This document shows, piece by piece, positions 38,381 through 51,223 of a DNA stretch of 64,000 nucleotides (the first letter of the stretch is position 1; each line of letters begins with the position of its first letter). The DNA is taken from positions 341,620,001-341,684,000 of the forward strand of contig OZ024740.1 of NCBI GenBank assembly GCA_964016885.1, given 5' to 3'. The notes beneath the pieces were generated by a model. It saw only the letters and a list, made by a program, of their open reading frames with translations. It had not been told where the DNA came from and made no database searches. This stretch comes from Eledone cirrhosa (lineage: Eukaryota). The position numbers and the translations under genes were made by a program.

Positions 38381-38768
38381 CTCTCTCGCTCTCTATATAT
38401 CATCATCAACATCATCATCATCATTGTTTTTACATCAATTTTTCCACACTTGCATGGGTATATTTAAATTTCTTAGAAAATTTTAGCAATCTCAAATGCA
38501 GAAAACAATAGCATGGAGTTTGATTCTTCATAGTAACTGCTGGCTACTTTTTTCCATCTATAGAGGTATTCCACCCAATTTTCTAAGCTATTATTTATAT
38601 CAATCAATTATGATTACAGTTATTTTCTGTGTTTGGGATTTCTATCAAATTTTAATCTATAGTTTTCTACCAAATTTTAATGCATTTTAATCTGATAGTT
38701 TACCTTTTAAATGTTGTATGTATATCTATCTATCTGTCTTTCTCTCTTACTCTCTCTCTCTCTCTCTC

Positions 38769-38842
<74 letters not shown>

Positions 38843-38872
38843 GTATATATATATATATATACATATGTGTAT

Positions 38873-39074
38873 ATAGGAAATGGTCAGGACCCTCACGGCT
38901 GAGCTCCGGCCATTTCGACAGCTAGATCCAAACGTTCGGATCTAGATGTCGAAACGGCCAGAGCTCAGCCGTCAGAGTCCTCACTCTTTTCCTATTACCC
39001 ACTCTACTACCCTAAGTATTGAGTACTCTGGTGCGTTATGGTCCATCTGGTATCTTACCACACCCTCTTTGTTT
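38873..39074 (+). mobile_element. Fold-back centred on hammerhead helix II, with TTGAGTACTC tail
   Basis: IR 38873-38995. GAAAC-GGCCAGAGCTCAGCC-GTC at 38951-38973. ttgagtactc at 39019-39028. Confidence 0.62.
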
Positions 39075-39091
39075 TATATATATATATTTTA

Positions 39092-39245
39092 GAAAGAGTT
39101 AGGGCCTGATGGCTGATCTCTTGCAGTTTCAACAACTAGCTGTTGAAACAGCAAGAGCTCAGCCACCAGGCCCCGACTATTTCCAATATATTGAGTACTC
39201 TGTTGAATAATGGTTTAACTAGTTTAATATTGGTTTAAACCTGAT
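39092..39245 (+). mobile_element. Related fold-back element with TTGAGTACTC tail
   Basis: IR 39092-39184 centred on caactagctg. GAAAC..gagctcagcc from 39145. ttgagtactc at 39191-39200. Confidence 0.58.
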
Positions 39246-40329
39246 ATATACCTATCTCTCTCTCTATATATATATATATTGAGAGAGACTGAACGAGAGA
39301 GAGAGAGTTACACATATATACTCTGTTTTAGCTAAACCTGAGCTGCTTTTTTGACATCCTCCACATTTTTTTTACTGTTACTTTTTGTATTCTGCTTCTT
39401 TATGTATTTTGATATTTTCCAGTTAGAAAGAAAATTTTGGTCAAAAACTTTCTCACATGTCTGGTTCTTCTCAGCTAGTGCAGAGCCTTTTCTCTAACTA
39501 CTTCTTGTCCCAGTCTTGGCCTTGCCATATAAGGGACTTTTTTCCAGCATCATAGCACAGCATTAAATCTGGTTTTGAATTTTGTTTTATAATATATACG
39601 ATTTTATTCACAGTTTTATATATAACATTACAAATCATTTACAATTCTTACAGAATGAAAATATAAACATAAATAATATATACAATTAATTATTGCTAGG
39701 AACCTTAAAAATATAATACACAAAAATATATTTAATCAAAGTTTACGTTACTGCTTCAGTATCTCCCTCACAATTCATCACCATCACCGTTTTACGTCCG
39801 TTCTTCCACGCTAGCATGGGTTAGACGGGTTGTCCTGTTGTGGGCAGTGTCTGGTCGGCTGACCATGCCTTGCTCATACAGGAACTGTTTGGATTTGCAA
39901 AATTGTATTCTATATTATCCTCTGTTTAATATTTGTTGATTTTTTAAATTCAGAAAGCAGTTTTTATTGCAGGATTTTAGATATCTCTATACTTATGTGT
40001 TGTTATTTTAAGTAGTTTTTTTTTAATTCTTTATTACCTGTTTTATAGTCCTGCAGTATATATTTTATAATAGTTTTCTAGTTGTAGAACCCTACTTCTC
40101 TGTATTTGTGGTAGATATCATCTTTCTGTTTAAGCTTTTGAAAGGTTTATTCTATATTCAGTTATTGTTTCCTTTGATAAACTTAAGAAAATTAACAAAG
40201 AGAGGACAAGACAATGATTGAAAACAAGGCAAAACGAAAAACAATTTTTTAAAGGGAAACTTTAAAAAATTATTTTTTGAAAATAAAAATACAAACGAAG
40301 GATAAAGAACTCCATGGTCATCAGTCATT

Positions 40330-40397
40330 GAGAAGGACTTTTGCAGTTTCGACCCCTACCAATGGTACTGCTGGTCCACCTGGGGTCACAGCATCTG
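40330..40397 (-). ncRNA. Degenerate hammerhead motif
   Basis: Minus: agatg-CTGTGA-cccc...ggggtc-GAAAC-TGCAAAA-GTC-cttct. The core lacks one A. Confidence 0.35.
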
Positions 40398-41033
40398 CCA
40401 TATGTTAGCCATCTTCTTTTGCTATCTCACTTACTATCTTGATAACTTGTTACTAGAATAACTAGAGTAATGATACCCACCACTATACTATTGGCTTTAA
40501 GTATTAATCCAAATGCATCTGTAATATTCTTTTTTAACTTTTTATTTTGTTCATTTGTATTTCACTCTATTTAGTTCATAAATGAAAAGTTTTTATTAAT
40601 TTGTTTTATTTAATTCTCTTGTCTCTGTTTCTATATCTAACTTAATGTTCATTTTTTTCTTTTTCTTTTTTAATGTTCCTGTATTTAAGTAACATTTTAA
40701 TTTCCATGCAAATTTCTCGATTGAAAGTATGTATCTTATGTAACAGGGCTTCTAGCTGTTTATCATTTGTAGCCTTCAACTTGAGATCATCTATATACAT
40801 ATGATTAATTGTCATCTCATATTACTTTTAATCAATATATAGTCTGCTTTGGTATGTTCATTACATGTGCCATCATCAGATATAGAAGGACTGGCTCCAC
40901 AGGAAATAATTATCTTTAATAGGGATAGGTTTCACTTTTACAACCAACACTTTTGTTTGGATTTGCAAAATTGTTTTCCAATTGCTCATGGCATGTTTGA
41001 TGTTAATTTACACATGGCTAATGCTGACAGAGT

Positions 41034-41301
41034 GGAGGCATGTGGCCTAGTGTTGAACTTACGATCATAATGTCATGGGTTCGATTCCTGGGTTGCATGT
41101 TGTGTTCTTGAGCAAAACTCTTCATTTCATGTTGCTCCAGTATACTCACCTGAAAATGAGTACCAGCAATAGCTGGGGGTTTTACCCTGCAATGGACTGG
41201 CATCCTGTCCAGGAAGGAGTCTTGTACTCTCATTCACTTCACACCATGAAACCGGGATAAGCACCGGTCAAATGAATCTTCTGGCTTAAGACAAACTTTA
41301 A
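41034..41301 (+). mobile_element. tRNA-derived SINE (V/CORE-like body)
   Basis: A box tggcctagtg, B box ggttcgattcc, then ttgagcaaaact..ttgctccag..ctgcaatggactggcatcctgtccagg. A copy lies at 47230-47430 (-). Confidence 0.7.
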
Positions 41302-41476
41302 AATGCTGACAGAATCCCCAACAATGTCAAAATATTTATGCTAATCAATCCATGCCATGCTCAGGACATATTCTTTCTACAATCTTTAGCTATGTCTTTG
41401 TTGATCAATAATAATTGATCAGCATCTATATAAGTCTTTGAAGCATCTTTTCTATACTTCTAGAAGAACAACAAGA

Positions 41477-41519
<43 letters not shown>

Positions 41520-42267
41520 TTACGGCAACATCAAACACAAGTGTTTAAGGCCATTTTCCCTGCTAAATTAGGAGGTTAGCATTGCAGGCCACATAACAAG
41601 CTTCTCCAGCTTTCTCTCTGCATCATCCTTCATTAGCTCTTCCACCCTCTCATGTCATGTTTTTCTTTGTTTTTCCTCTATCCCCTTCTAATTTCATTCC
41701 CTTCATTTTTCCCCACTCAATCACTTTCATCCTTCTTCAACACATGACTTAACCATCTCATTCTTCTGAAAGGATGTCAGTTGTTGTTTTTCATCAGATG
41801 AGAACTTATAGTTGTGATAAGATTGATGTTAAGTTTTTTGAATACTGTTAGAAAAGTTAGGCTTCTGTAGTTTTTCAAGTTTTATGTTAATTCAATGAAG
41901 AGGGCTTTTCTATTGGTGAAACATTCACATGTTTTTTATAACACTTTCAGTAAATTGTTGACTATTTTTATAAGTACTTTTACAGGCTGTGAGATATTTT
42001 AGTGAGGATCTTATGTTTTATCATTTCTATGTTTTCTAGTTGTTGTGAAGACATGGCCTAATGGTTGGGGTATTGGGTTCACAATCTTAATTTGTGGGTT
42101 CAATTCCTAGACCAGATAGTGTACTATGTTCTTGAGGAAGCAAGAAACTTATAAGCTCTTTTATAAGCTGTAAGCTCTGACCTTTGCCAACCTATATAAG
42201 TATGGAAAAACCGACATAAAAATGATGATGACTGTCTCTCATTTAATCTCTTCCTTCTCTTTCTCTT

Positions 42268-42322
<55 letters not shown>

Positions 42323-42340
42323 CTTTTTATACACATATAT

Positions 42341-42414
<74 letters not shown>

Positions 42415-43185
42415 ATGATGATGATGATATATATATATGTATGTATGTATATATGTGTATAAAAAAGATGAACACATAGATACAATAAAACAAAATCATA
42501 TTAATGTCATGCTTGTTAGAAAAGGAAAAGGAATATTTCAACGTATCAGATATTAGTCCTTCACCGGGAAAGAGCAAAGTTCTGAGAAAGAGGAGGCTGC
42601 AAGGTTGGGAAAAAAAGTTTTATGAAGATGGGTGAGGAGGGCAGGCAATGCGGAGAATCTGAGTCTATCAATATTAGTATTTTGTGGTGTCTGAATTAGT
42701 CCTGTAGTGTCTGGTGCTGAATTTGAAATTTAGCATTCTCACCCATGTTTTGTAAAATGTGTACCATGTTCTGTACAATATATATGGGCCCTTGTAGCAT
42801 ATAATGAACATGTTATTATCAATGTTATATAATAGTGGCAGAAAAAATAGTAAAACACACTCACTGTTTGATTTGGTTTTCACTTCAGCATATTCTTATA
42901 TATTTGCTTCAGTAAAGTTTTATATTTCTATAAATAATTTAGCTGGCAATCAATATTTATCATTGATTGACCAACAGTTAAAAATATAAATATAAATATA
43001 GTTTTTCAAAGTTCTTTCATCATACATATCTGTGACATCGTCAGTGATTTTCATGTCTCCATGTTTCCTCCCATTGTGTTCCTATGTTTTTTATTTTATT
43101 TATTTATTTTTTAATTTTATTTTTATTATCATTGTTGTAGTGAAATTATTTATTATACCATTTTCTTTTCTTTTTGGTTCTTCAG

Positions 43186-43947
43186 GTTTGCAAGTTACAA
43201 CTGTTAAAATCACAAGGATGCCTTTAAATAAATTGAACAAGCTTATATTTCTTTCTATTACATTATTTGTGACTGTAGTCAGTATCCAGAGTGTGGACTT
43301 GGCAGATCATGACATCATTAAAAAAGGAAGAGATGTCATCAAAAATTTATATCAACGTTTTTCAGGAGAAGAAGTTGACCTTGTTTTTATACTCGACCGA
43401 TCAGCTAGTATTCCACCTCGTGGCTGGAGTTCTATGATAACATTTATACGTTCCATTCTTGAACATTTCTCAGTGACTGGAGAGCACACAAGAGTTGCTG
43501 TAATAACATATGGCTCCCATGTCAGTTTGGAAATTAATGATTTAAATGAAAAACACACAACAAAATGCTCTCTTATGAAACAAATAAAACAAAGACTAGA
43601 GAAAAAGTTAATGGCTGGTTATACTGCCACATATGATGCTTTGAAAAGAGCACAAGAAATTCTTTTAAATTCAAGACGAAATGCCAAAAAAGCCGTATTT
43701 GTTTTAACTGATGGAAAATCAAATGTTGGCCCAAACCCTGTACGGGCTTCATTGGAAATACGTTCTCTTCGCTGGAATCCCAAGTGGAATTCTTCAGCAT
43801 ATGGCCCTCAAGTTGAGATCTATGCATTTGGCATCAAAGATGCCAATTTACCTGAGTTGAAATACATTGCGTCACGATTGAAAAACCATACGTTCTTCAT
43901 TCCAGATTTTACAACTTTCTCACTTCTTGCTAGACAGCTTCATAATG
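43186..43947 (+). CDS. SVEP1: SVEP1/polydom-like gene, first coding exon (ATG 43218): signal peptide and vWA domain
   Basis: Polypyrimidine ttcag acceptor. MPLNKLNKLIFLSITLFVTVVS, VDLVFILDRSAS (MIDAS DxSxS), TRVAVITY, LTDGKSN and VEIYAFGI. Donor G|gtgagt. Confidence 0.85.
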
Positions 43948-44699
43948 GTGAGTACATTTATGTCTGTGTCAATATTTATGTTTATGAGGGGGAAGGATGG
44001 GTGGACTTTCTAAGTGTGTTTATGTATGTATGTGTGCATGTGTGTATGCATGATTATGTAATTATATATTTGCGTGTACACTCTGTAAAGTGGTTGGTGC
44101 TTGGTAAGTCATCCAACAGTGGAGACCATGCCAAAAACTGGAACTACGAGGGAAATTTGGTCATCCAACCCATTTAAGAAGGAGATAATTCTGCATAAGA
44201 ACTGACTTGAATCATCATAATCTGTCCAACATATGCCAGCATAGAAAGTTGACGAAAGATGACAATGATGATGATGACGATGAGGAGGAGGATGATAATG
44301 GTGGTGGTGATTATGATGATGATAATGAGGAGGAGGAGGAAGGGGAGGAGGATATTGATGATATGGCAATAGTATGCAACATACACAGGTGTATGTATGT
44401 GTGTTTATGTGTGGTAACCACTTCCCTATGACTAACTTTTCTCATCTTGATATCAGCAATGATACATCTCTGTTGTTCTGACTAAATGCTCACCCCCCTC
44501 TCCAACTACTCATCGAGATCAACTTTTGAGGTTGATAAATAAATGACTGCTCCAGAATTGTGGATTGTCTGAATTGCTAGGGCATTAAATGAAATGTCTT
44601 GTGTTATTTGTTCTGACTCTTTGCATTCTGAATTTAAATCTCATTGTGATTTAGTTGAGTGGTAGACTTAATCTGCCACCTGGTTAACACCACTCTGGT

Positions 44700-45263
44700 T
44701 TAACACCACTTCCTTGGTACCTCTCTGTCACAAAGATCAATGGAGAGTTCACCGTACATGTTCTTGAGCAGGCAATGATCCTTCATCCTGGAAACGTGCC
44801 CTGTCCAGCATAGTTTGGACTTCAACAGTATGACTTCGATGCTGGTGACTTCTGCCCGTTCAAGGACTTCAACATTGGTGACAAAGTCACTCCAGTGAAT
44901 GTTGAGGATGGTGCAGAGGCCGCTCTGGTGGAAGTGCTTGAGAAGTTGATGATAAGTGACCCAAAACTCTGAGCCATATGGGAGGGTGGTATGAACTGTG
45001 GCTCTGTACACACTGATCTTGGTATCCTTCTTCAGGCGCTTGTTGTTCCACATGTGTTTGTACAGTTTGGGTTAGAAGTCAGCTTAAAGATGGAGGTACT
45101 CTACCAGCTGACACCCCAGGAAGAGTACCACCATTCCCATATCACCATTAGAGTAACTGAATTGAAAACAGTTCATCGGTTCACCTACCTGGAGTGTACC
45201 GTCATGTCAGATGCCAAGATTGACAGGAAAATCGACAACAGACTGGTAAGGGTGAACAGTGCA
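44700..45263 (-). mobile_element. AviRTE/BovB-like RTE fragment with an inverted 5' segment
   Basis: Minus 44700-45067 reads LYKHMWNNKRLKKDTKISVYRA..YGSE..ILNIHWSDFVTNVEVL. Plus 45066-45263 reads FGLEVSLK.EVLYQ..FTYLECT..KIDNRLVRVNSA. Confidence 0.82.
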
Positions 45264-45599
45264 GTCATTACATATATACCTACATCTTTTCTACTCCTCA
45301 GGGACATACAGCTAAAACCTTTACAAAAGCAACTAGATATCTATAATATAGTTTGAAACCAGGCTTGCTTGTACAAATAGATGAAACAAAACAATGTATG
45401 AGTAGAGTGAAATATATTTTATTATAACCATGAAGCAATGACCTAAAGTTTTGTGCTCAAATACACTTGTCAAATGCCTTTTAACTGAAAATTGTAGGCC
45501 GTTGGAGTCACTGATGTAGCTTTATGGCTATAAGAAAGGTTCTCTTTAAGGTTAACATGTTCCACAGTAGAGTACTGTTCAAATACCTTAGATCATGCA

Positions 45600-45960
45600 G
45601 TGATTTTCACAAATATTCTAGACCATTTTTCTTCTAATAACCATCTCGTTGACACACAACAATCCCATGTTTTCTGATGCCCTCTCCTCTCTTTCCTCTT
45701 TCTCTTTTATCAGAATTACAGTGGTTCCTGCTTCTCTAGACTGACAAACCGTGTACCTCCTTATTAGACCACTTCTTCCCTTCCTTTCATCATTCCTACT
45801 TTGTTTCAATCCCTACATTAGATACTACACCCAGACCCCTAACTATAGAACTGCAACCCTTTGGAACTCTCTCTTTGATACTGTTTCTCCTACAGACATC
45901 AACCTGCAGAAATTAAAGATCAACATTGACTGTATTAACTGGATCTCTGTCTCTATAGGA
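45600..45960 (+). mobile_element. Decayed Jockey/CR1-group 3' fragment
   Basis: RTATLWNSL..NLQKLKINI resembles the LINE ORF2 C-terminal motif. Confidence 0.4.
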
Positions 45961-46070
45961 TGATTTACAAAAAAATAGGGATCCTGTCTCTTATACTTGT
46001 TCTGAATTTCTTTTCAATATTCCTGTTTTCTCAAATATGATAACATTTTAATTAAATTTAATCATTTCAG

Positions 46071-46220
46071 GTAGCCAGAAAGAAATCTGGGAAGTTGCAA
46101 ACAGGAATTTCTGTAATGAAAAATGTTCCAAGAATGCTGTATGTTCATGTGGAACAAGAATTGGGCAATACCAGTGCATCTGTAATGCAGGATATGAAGG
46201 TGATGGTATCACATGTAAAT
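46071..46220 (+). CDS. SVEP1: SVEP1-like coding exon 2: EGF-like domain
   Basis: ag|GT..CNEKCSKNAVCSCGTRIGQYQCICNAGYEGDGITCK T|gtaggt; phase 1-1, 150 bp. Confidence 0.88.
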
Positions 46221-46797
46221 GTAGGTATATTATCACATGCTCTATTTTCATTATCTTTTACATTTTCCACACCCTGTCTTCCAGTGTTAGCTGTTATGGG
46301 CATCACGTACATTGATCTACTCAAAGAAAGGTGATTTGTTCTTTACAGACAACTATAGAGGCTCTTGAAGCTTGAACTGTTTTAGGGAAACCTTTGCAAT
46401 CATATAGGGCACTCATAAAAAAAAAGAAAAAGAATTACTCCTGGAGCCCCTCTGGGATTAGAAGTGCTGAGCTTTAAGCTTCATTAGTTTCAGAGTAGAC
46501 CTGCCACTGGTGTGTGTATGAGTGTGTATATGTGTGAATTGTGTATGTATGTGTGTGTGTGTGCATGAGAATATAACTGTATGTATGTGCATATGGATAT
46601 ATGTGTGTGTGCACATGTGAATGTACATTTATGTGTGTGTTTGTGTGTATGTACATGCCTGTGTATCTGTTTAGTATGTATGCACATGCATATGTGCATA
46701 TTGTGCATGCATGGTGGAACATGAAATGTTAGGATAATCATAATTAGCATTTGATGATAAATAATTCTCATTGTTCATAATACTGTTTGTTTTCTAG

Positions 46798-46953
46798 TAT
46801 GTGCAAAAGGTTTCTTCAAAAGAACCTTAAGTCCTGGAAAATGTGAACTGTGTCCTGCCAATTCTACAACCTTTAGAGAAGGTGCTGAAATCATTACAGA
46901 ATGTATATGCCATCCTGCCTACTACCGAGAAACTCCACATGACATCTGCAAAT
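46798..46953 (+). CDS. SVEP1: SVEP1-like coding exon 3: ephrin-receptor-like (GCC2/3) Cys-rich domain
   Basis: CAKGFFK..CELCPANSTT..GA..ITECICHPAYYR..ICK; ag/gtaagt; 156 bp. Confidence 0.88.
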
Positions 46954-47545
46954 GTAAGTTCTTCTTATGTATCACAGTTTTTTTTTTGTTCGATGTAAAA
47001 TCTTCCATGATACATACACCAATGGTGTAACTAGAGTTTGTGCTTCCTGGTGAGGGCGGATTATTAAGTTTTCCCCTTGCATCCATACAAAAACACAACA
47101 CAATATACAAAAATGTTACCCCACAAAGAGTGTTGTCTGGGGCAGACCACACTCTTTCCGGCTCGTTATCTAAAGTCTGTCTCAAGCCCAGACGATCATC
47201 AAGCCAGTTCTTATCCCAGTTTCCATGGCGTTAAGCAACTAAGTGTAGAAGACCCTCTCTTGGACAGGATGCCAGTACATTGCAGGGTTAAACTCCTAGC
47301 TATTGCTAGTACTCATTTTCAACTGGAGCAATGTGAAATGAAGTGATTTGCTTTAGAACATAACACCAACCCAGTTCAGGAATTGAACCTATGGCATTAT
47401 GATCATAAATCCAACACCCTTACCACCCTTCTAGTTATACTAGTGACTTACACAAACCATTGTTTTTATTTTTCTGTTCAATGTGATTTTCTTTCCAAAA
47501 GAAATATAATATATTCTGAATGTTGACATTGCTTTCTGATTTCAG

Positions 47546-47764
47546 TACATTTTTGTGAGAAACTACCAGACATTAAACATGGTTACAGTTTTCATGTTGA
47601 AGGAGCAATAAGAGATGAGGTACCCAGCACAAATGTTACATGTAAAAACACTCCTAAAGATTCTTGCCATTATCAATGTCATGTTGGTTATCGACTAGAT
47701 TCTAATCCAGTGTTGATCTGTGAACCTAATGGAACTTGGTCTGGTATAGTTCCAAATTGTAAAG
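47546..47764 (+). CDS. SVEP1: SVEP1-like coding exon 4: sushi/CCP domain
   Basis: CEKLPDIKHG..SCHYQCHVGYRL..LICEPNGTWSGIVPNCK; 219 bp. Confidence 0.88.
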
Positions 47765-49744
47765 GTAGGTTCAGATATATGTTGCCTGTTTACAATTCTG
47801 AATTGTCATTGTGTTCATCTTTTAGTATAATTAGAATGTTACCTGTCATCGCTCGCTCTGATCGATTGACAAGATCCCAGACCTCATTCACTTGTTGAGT
47901 GAGGTGGACCTTGTCAAATCGGACCAAGGAAACTTTTTATTTCCATTGGTCTTTCCATTGCTGATTCTATCTACTGGTCACAACTCCTGGCAGAAAGAGC
48001 AATGTAAAATAAAGTGTCTTGCTCAAGGACATATGACAGGTAAATTGGATGTATACATTTGCAGCGATGGGTAACCATAGGTAAATATTTATAAACCTAC
48101 AAATGAATTAATGAAAATAAATAAACGAAGTCATTATTCTGGTATTTGACTAACTTGCTTCGTTATATGGCTCATGCTCAAACACTACAAATATAGTAAT
48201 AAATAAATCAGCAATTTGACAAAGAAAAAGAAGAATTTGGAAAAAGGAATATATATTTCATATATGTATATTCCAGTCATCAATGAAAAAAGAAGTGAAA
48301 AGAAAACATAACATTGTACAATTCTAGGGTCAAGCCCTTTGAATTGCATTTGACCAAGTCTACAAGGCAAATCTACTGCAGCCTTGGGTTGACCAATGCC
48401 TTGTGAGTGGAATTTGATAGATGAAAACTGTGCAGAGACCCATTGCATATATGTATATAATATGTATGATGTATGACTGTGTGTGCGCACACACATATAT
48501 GGTTGAGTGTTAGTGTGAAACAAGGTTTTGAGTTATGTCCCTTTATAAAAAAAAGTTAAAACTCAGCTATTTGATAAAGATTGGTTAGATAATTACCATA
48601 CCAAAGTAAGTACTAGGGTCAATATGATAAAGTTAAACTTTTGAAGGTGGCACCCCAGCATGGTCTTCAAAGATGATTATATGAACTCAGTACTTATTTC
48701 AGTCTAGATCACTACAATGTACATCAACATATGTTCAGTGGTTGAACTAGATCAATGATTCTGTTAAAATGTCAGATCATCAATGTTAAAAGCTAGACCA
48801 CTTGATGAATAAGAACTTGGATGTGGTTATGAGCAGGGTAGCCAATTTCACCCAGAAATGGCCTGAGAGGTTAAGCTGAGGTAGTGAATGCATACATTCC
48901 TTCTATAATGAGCTGAGAAGAAGCTATCTCTGAAAGGTTGAGCTGAGGTTGTGAATGCATTCATTACCTTCGTTATTTATTCCTGACCATCATGCTGAGG
49001 CTTGGTATGACATGCCCAATGATTTACTGGTATGTGCTGAGGCTGTATATCTGCTAAGATTCCTGGAGGCTGAATAGATGTGGTTACCATTTGTCAGCCA
49101 TGTCTTCACACAGCTTGTCTCTTTGATGAACATGTAGTCATGAATGCCTGGCATGTGGAATGCTGTCGGGTATTTACGGTTCTCTATCTCAGTCAAAAAT
49201 ATAATTGGTGTAATTGGTGTAATTGGTGGTTTGTCAATTCTCTAGAGGTTTAATGGTTGTCAAGAGCAACTACATTCTCAGGAAAACTTTAGGTGTTGAT
49301 GAAAATCAGTAGGATACTTAGCCCTTGCATTATGGCGTTAACTTGCTCATGCTATCAGGGAGCATTGTTAGTTTGAGATAAATACTATATGCACAGAGAT
49401 GCCATTAGACAAATCTGTCTAGGATGCATGCAGAGTAATGAATCCACATTGCACTCACTCATTCAGTGTTTAAGTATTGCTGACATATGGAGTTGAGTTA
49501 TGTCAAACAGCTATTGCTGTGTGTAAGATGGATCTGGTTATCAACTAAATCCATTGAGAAGATCATCCCTGCTTCCTTTGGTCAGGAAAGACAAACTGTT
49601 TCCTCTGGTGGACAAGATTGACCACACCAAGGAGAGACATTTTCCTCTTCACCCAAGCTTTCACCCAAGCTTTCATCAACTTTGATATCCTTCACTATTT
49701 AATTTGGTAGGTAGTGACTTGAGAGAGAGAGGGGGGGGGGGATG

Positions 49745-49784
<40 letters not shown>

Positions 49785-49858
49785 AAGTGGATTTGTATTT
49801 CTATATCTCTTTCATTTTTTTATTTCATGTAAATTTGTTTTCTTTCTCTTATGCATAG

Positions 49859-50050
49859 TTGTTGACTGTAAAACACTAACTAAAATCAGTGAAGATGTTG
49901 AAAATGGATTAACTGAATACCCTAACAAGACCACTACATATGGTTCTTATGTAAATGTTAGCTGCTTATCTGGTTGGCAACCATTTGGTGATACATTACG
50001 ACAATGTAATAGCCATGGTGTATGGTCTGGTACTCGTACATGGTGTGTTG
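49859..50050 (+). CDS. SVEP1: SVEP1-like coding exon 5: sushi/CCP domain
   Basis: VDCKTL..VENG..TTYGSYVNVSCLSGWQPFGDTLRQCNSHGVWSGTRTWCV; 192 bp. Confidence 0.88.
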
Positions 50051-50597
50051 GTAAGTCATCTTTATTATTACCATATATACCCATAGAAAAATCAAATCTT
50101 TTAAACTATATTTTTAGGTTAAATTTATGGGGTCAATTATTATTAGAATACTACTTTTAAAAGGGCTGAAATTTCCACTAGAATCTGAAATACTATAAAT
50201 AAACAGCTCAAATGGACTCTGAATGAATAAAAGTAAAACAATAAATTAGAGTAATAATAAAATGCTGTAGTTTGCTTGAAGTATTGTGTATAATATATAG
50301 TGTAGAAAGTGATATATGTCTAAACAATGCAAAATGCACGGTAAGATGAAGGTAACGAAAAAGTAAGTTACCTTGTCTTTTTTTTTCGTTTGTTGCTGTT
50401 GTTTCTTTCATCCTAATATTTCAAGACTTGAAATTCCCTTCTTCAGAGTATAAGGAACTCTCAGAGAAAAATGTTCCGGTTTCTTCTAATAATGATTTCT
50501 AATTTAGGCACCAGGAGTACTGATATTTCTATGCATCAAAACACAATAGTACCAAACATAAATGTTTACAGGAATAAGGTCTTGTAGCTCTTATATT

Positions 50598-50707
50598 CAG
50601 GGTGACCACAAAAAGGCTCCTTGTAGCTACCAATATTGTAAGAATATTTATTTAAGTTTTGATATTATAAGTATTTGAAATCAAGAAGTGTTTTTGTGGT
50701 CACCCTG
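50598..50707. mobile_element. Tc1/mariner-type MITE
   Basis: 17-bp TIR CAGGGTGACCACAAAAA...TTTTTGTGGTCACCCTG followed by TA. The left flank is TT. Confidence 0.7.
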
Positions 50708-51223
50708 TATATTTTCACTTACGTATATCAGAACATAATAGCATGGTAAAATTAATTTCTTCATTATGACATTTATGTTCAGGATTCACATATGTTGAAT
50801 TTGGAGGCAAAAAATAGGACAGACTCTTACACAAGTATAAATGGTATATTTCTTTTTGCAGCAATATAATTGAATCACCTTCTCTTTTTGTCATCTTGGA
50901 ATGACTAGGATGGATCATATCAGCAGAATATTTCAATGCATCCCAGTTTTATGATATTTAATTTCTGACGTTTAATATTATGACTTCTCATAAGTTGTTT
51001 TATCCCACTTTTAATGAAAGTTTTGTCAGATTATATACAAATCTCTCCTGAACTGAGATAAGGCCTGTGGTTAACCTAACATCAACTGTTTTGATGATAA
51101 AATCATCAGATTTATTTTAATGTCAGATTTTCTATGGATCTGACCAGATGAAATATATAGTTTTGAATATATCATGGATAAGTTTATACTCAATATAAGA
51201 CTTATCAATAATGATAATAATAA

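Noticed and set aside
42520-42570. Possible hammerhead on the minus strand (ggtgaagg...gaaatattcc)
   Set aside because: The core does not match CUGAnGA and there is no convincing helix I.
43032-43217. N-terminal hydrophobic extension in the 381-aa ORF
   Set aside because: It is read-through of the intronic polypyrimidine tract and UTR. The acceptor is at 43185 and the signal-peptide ATG at 43218.
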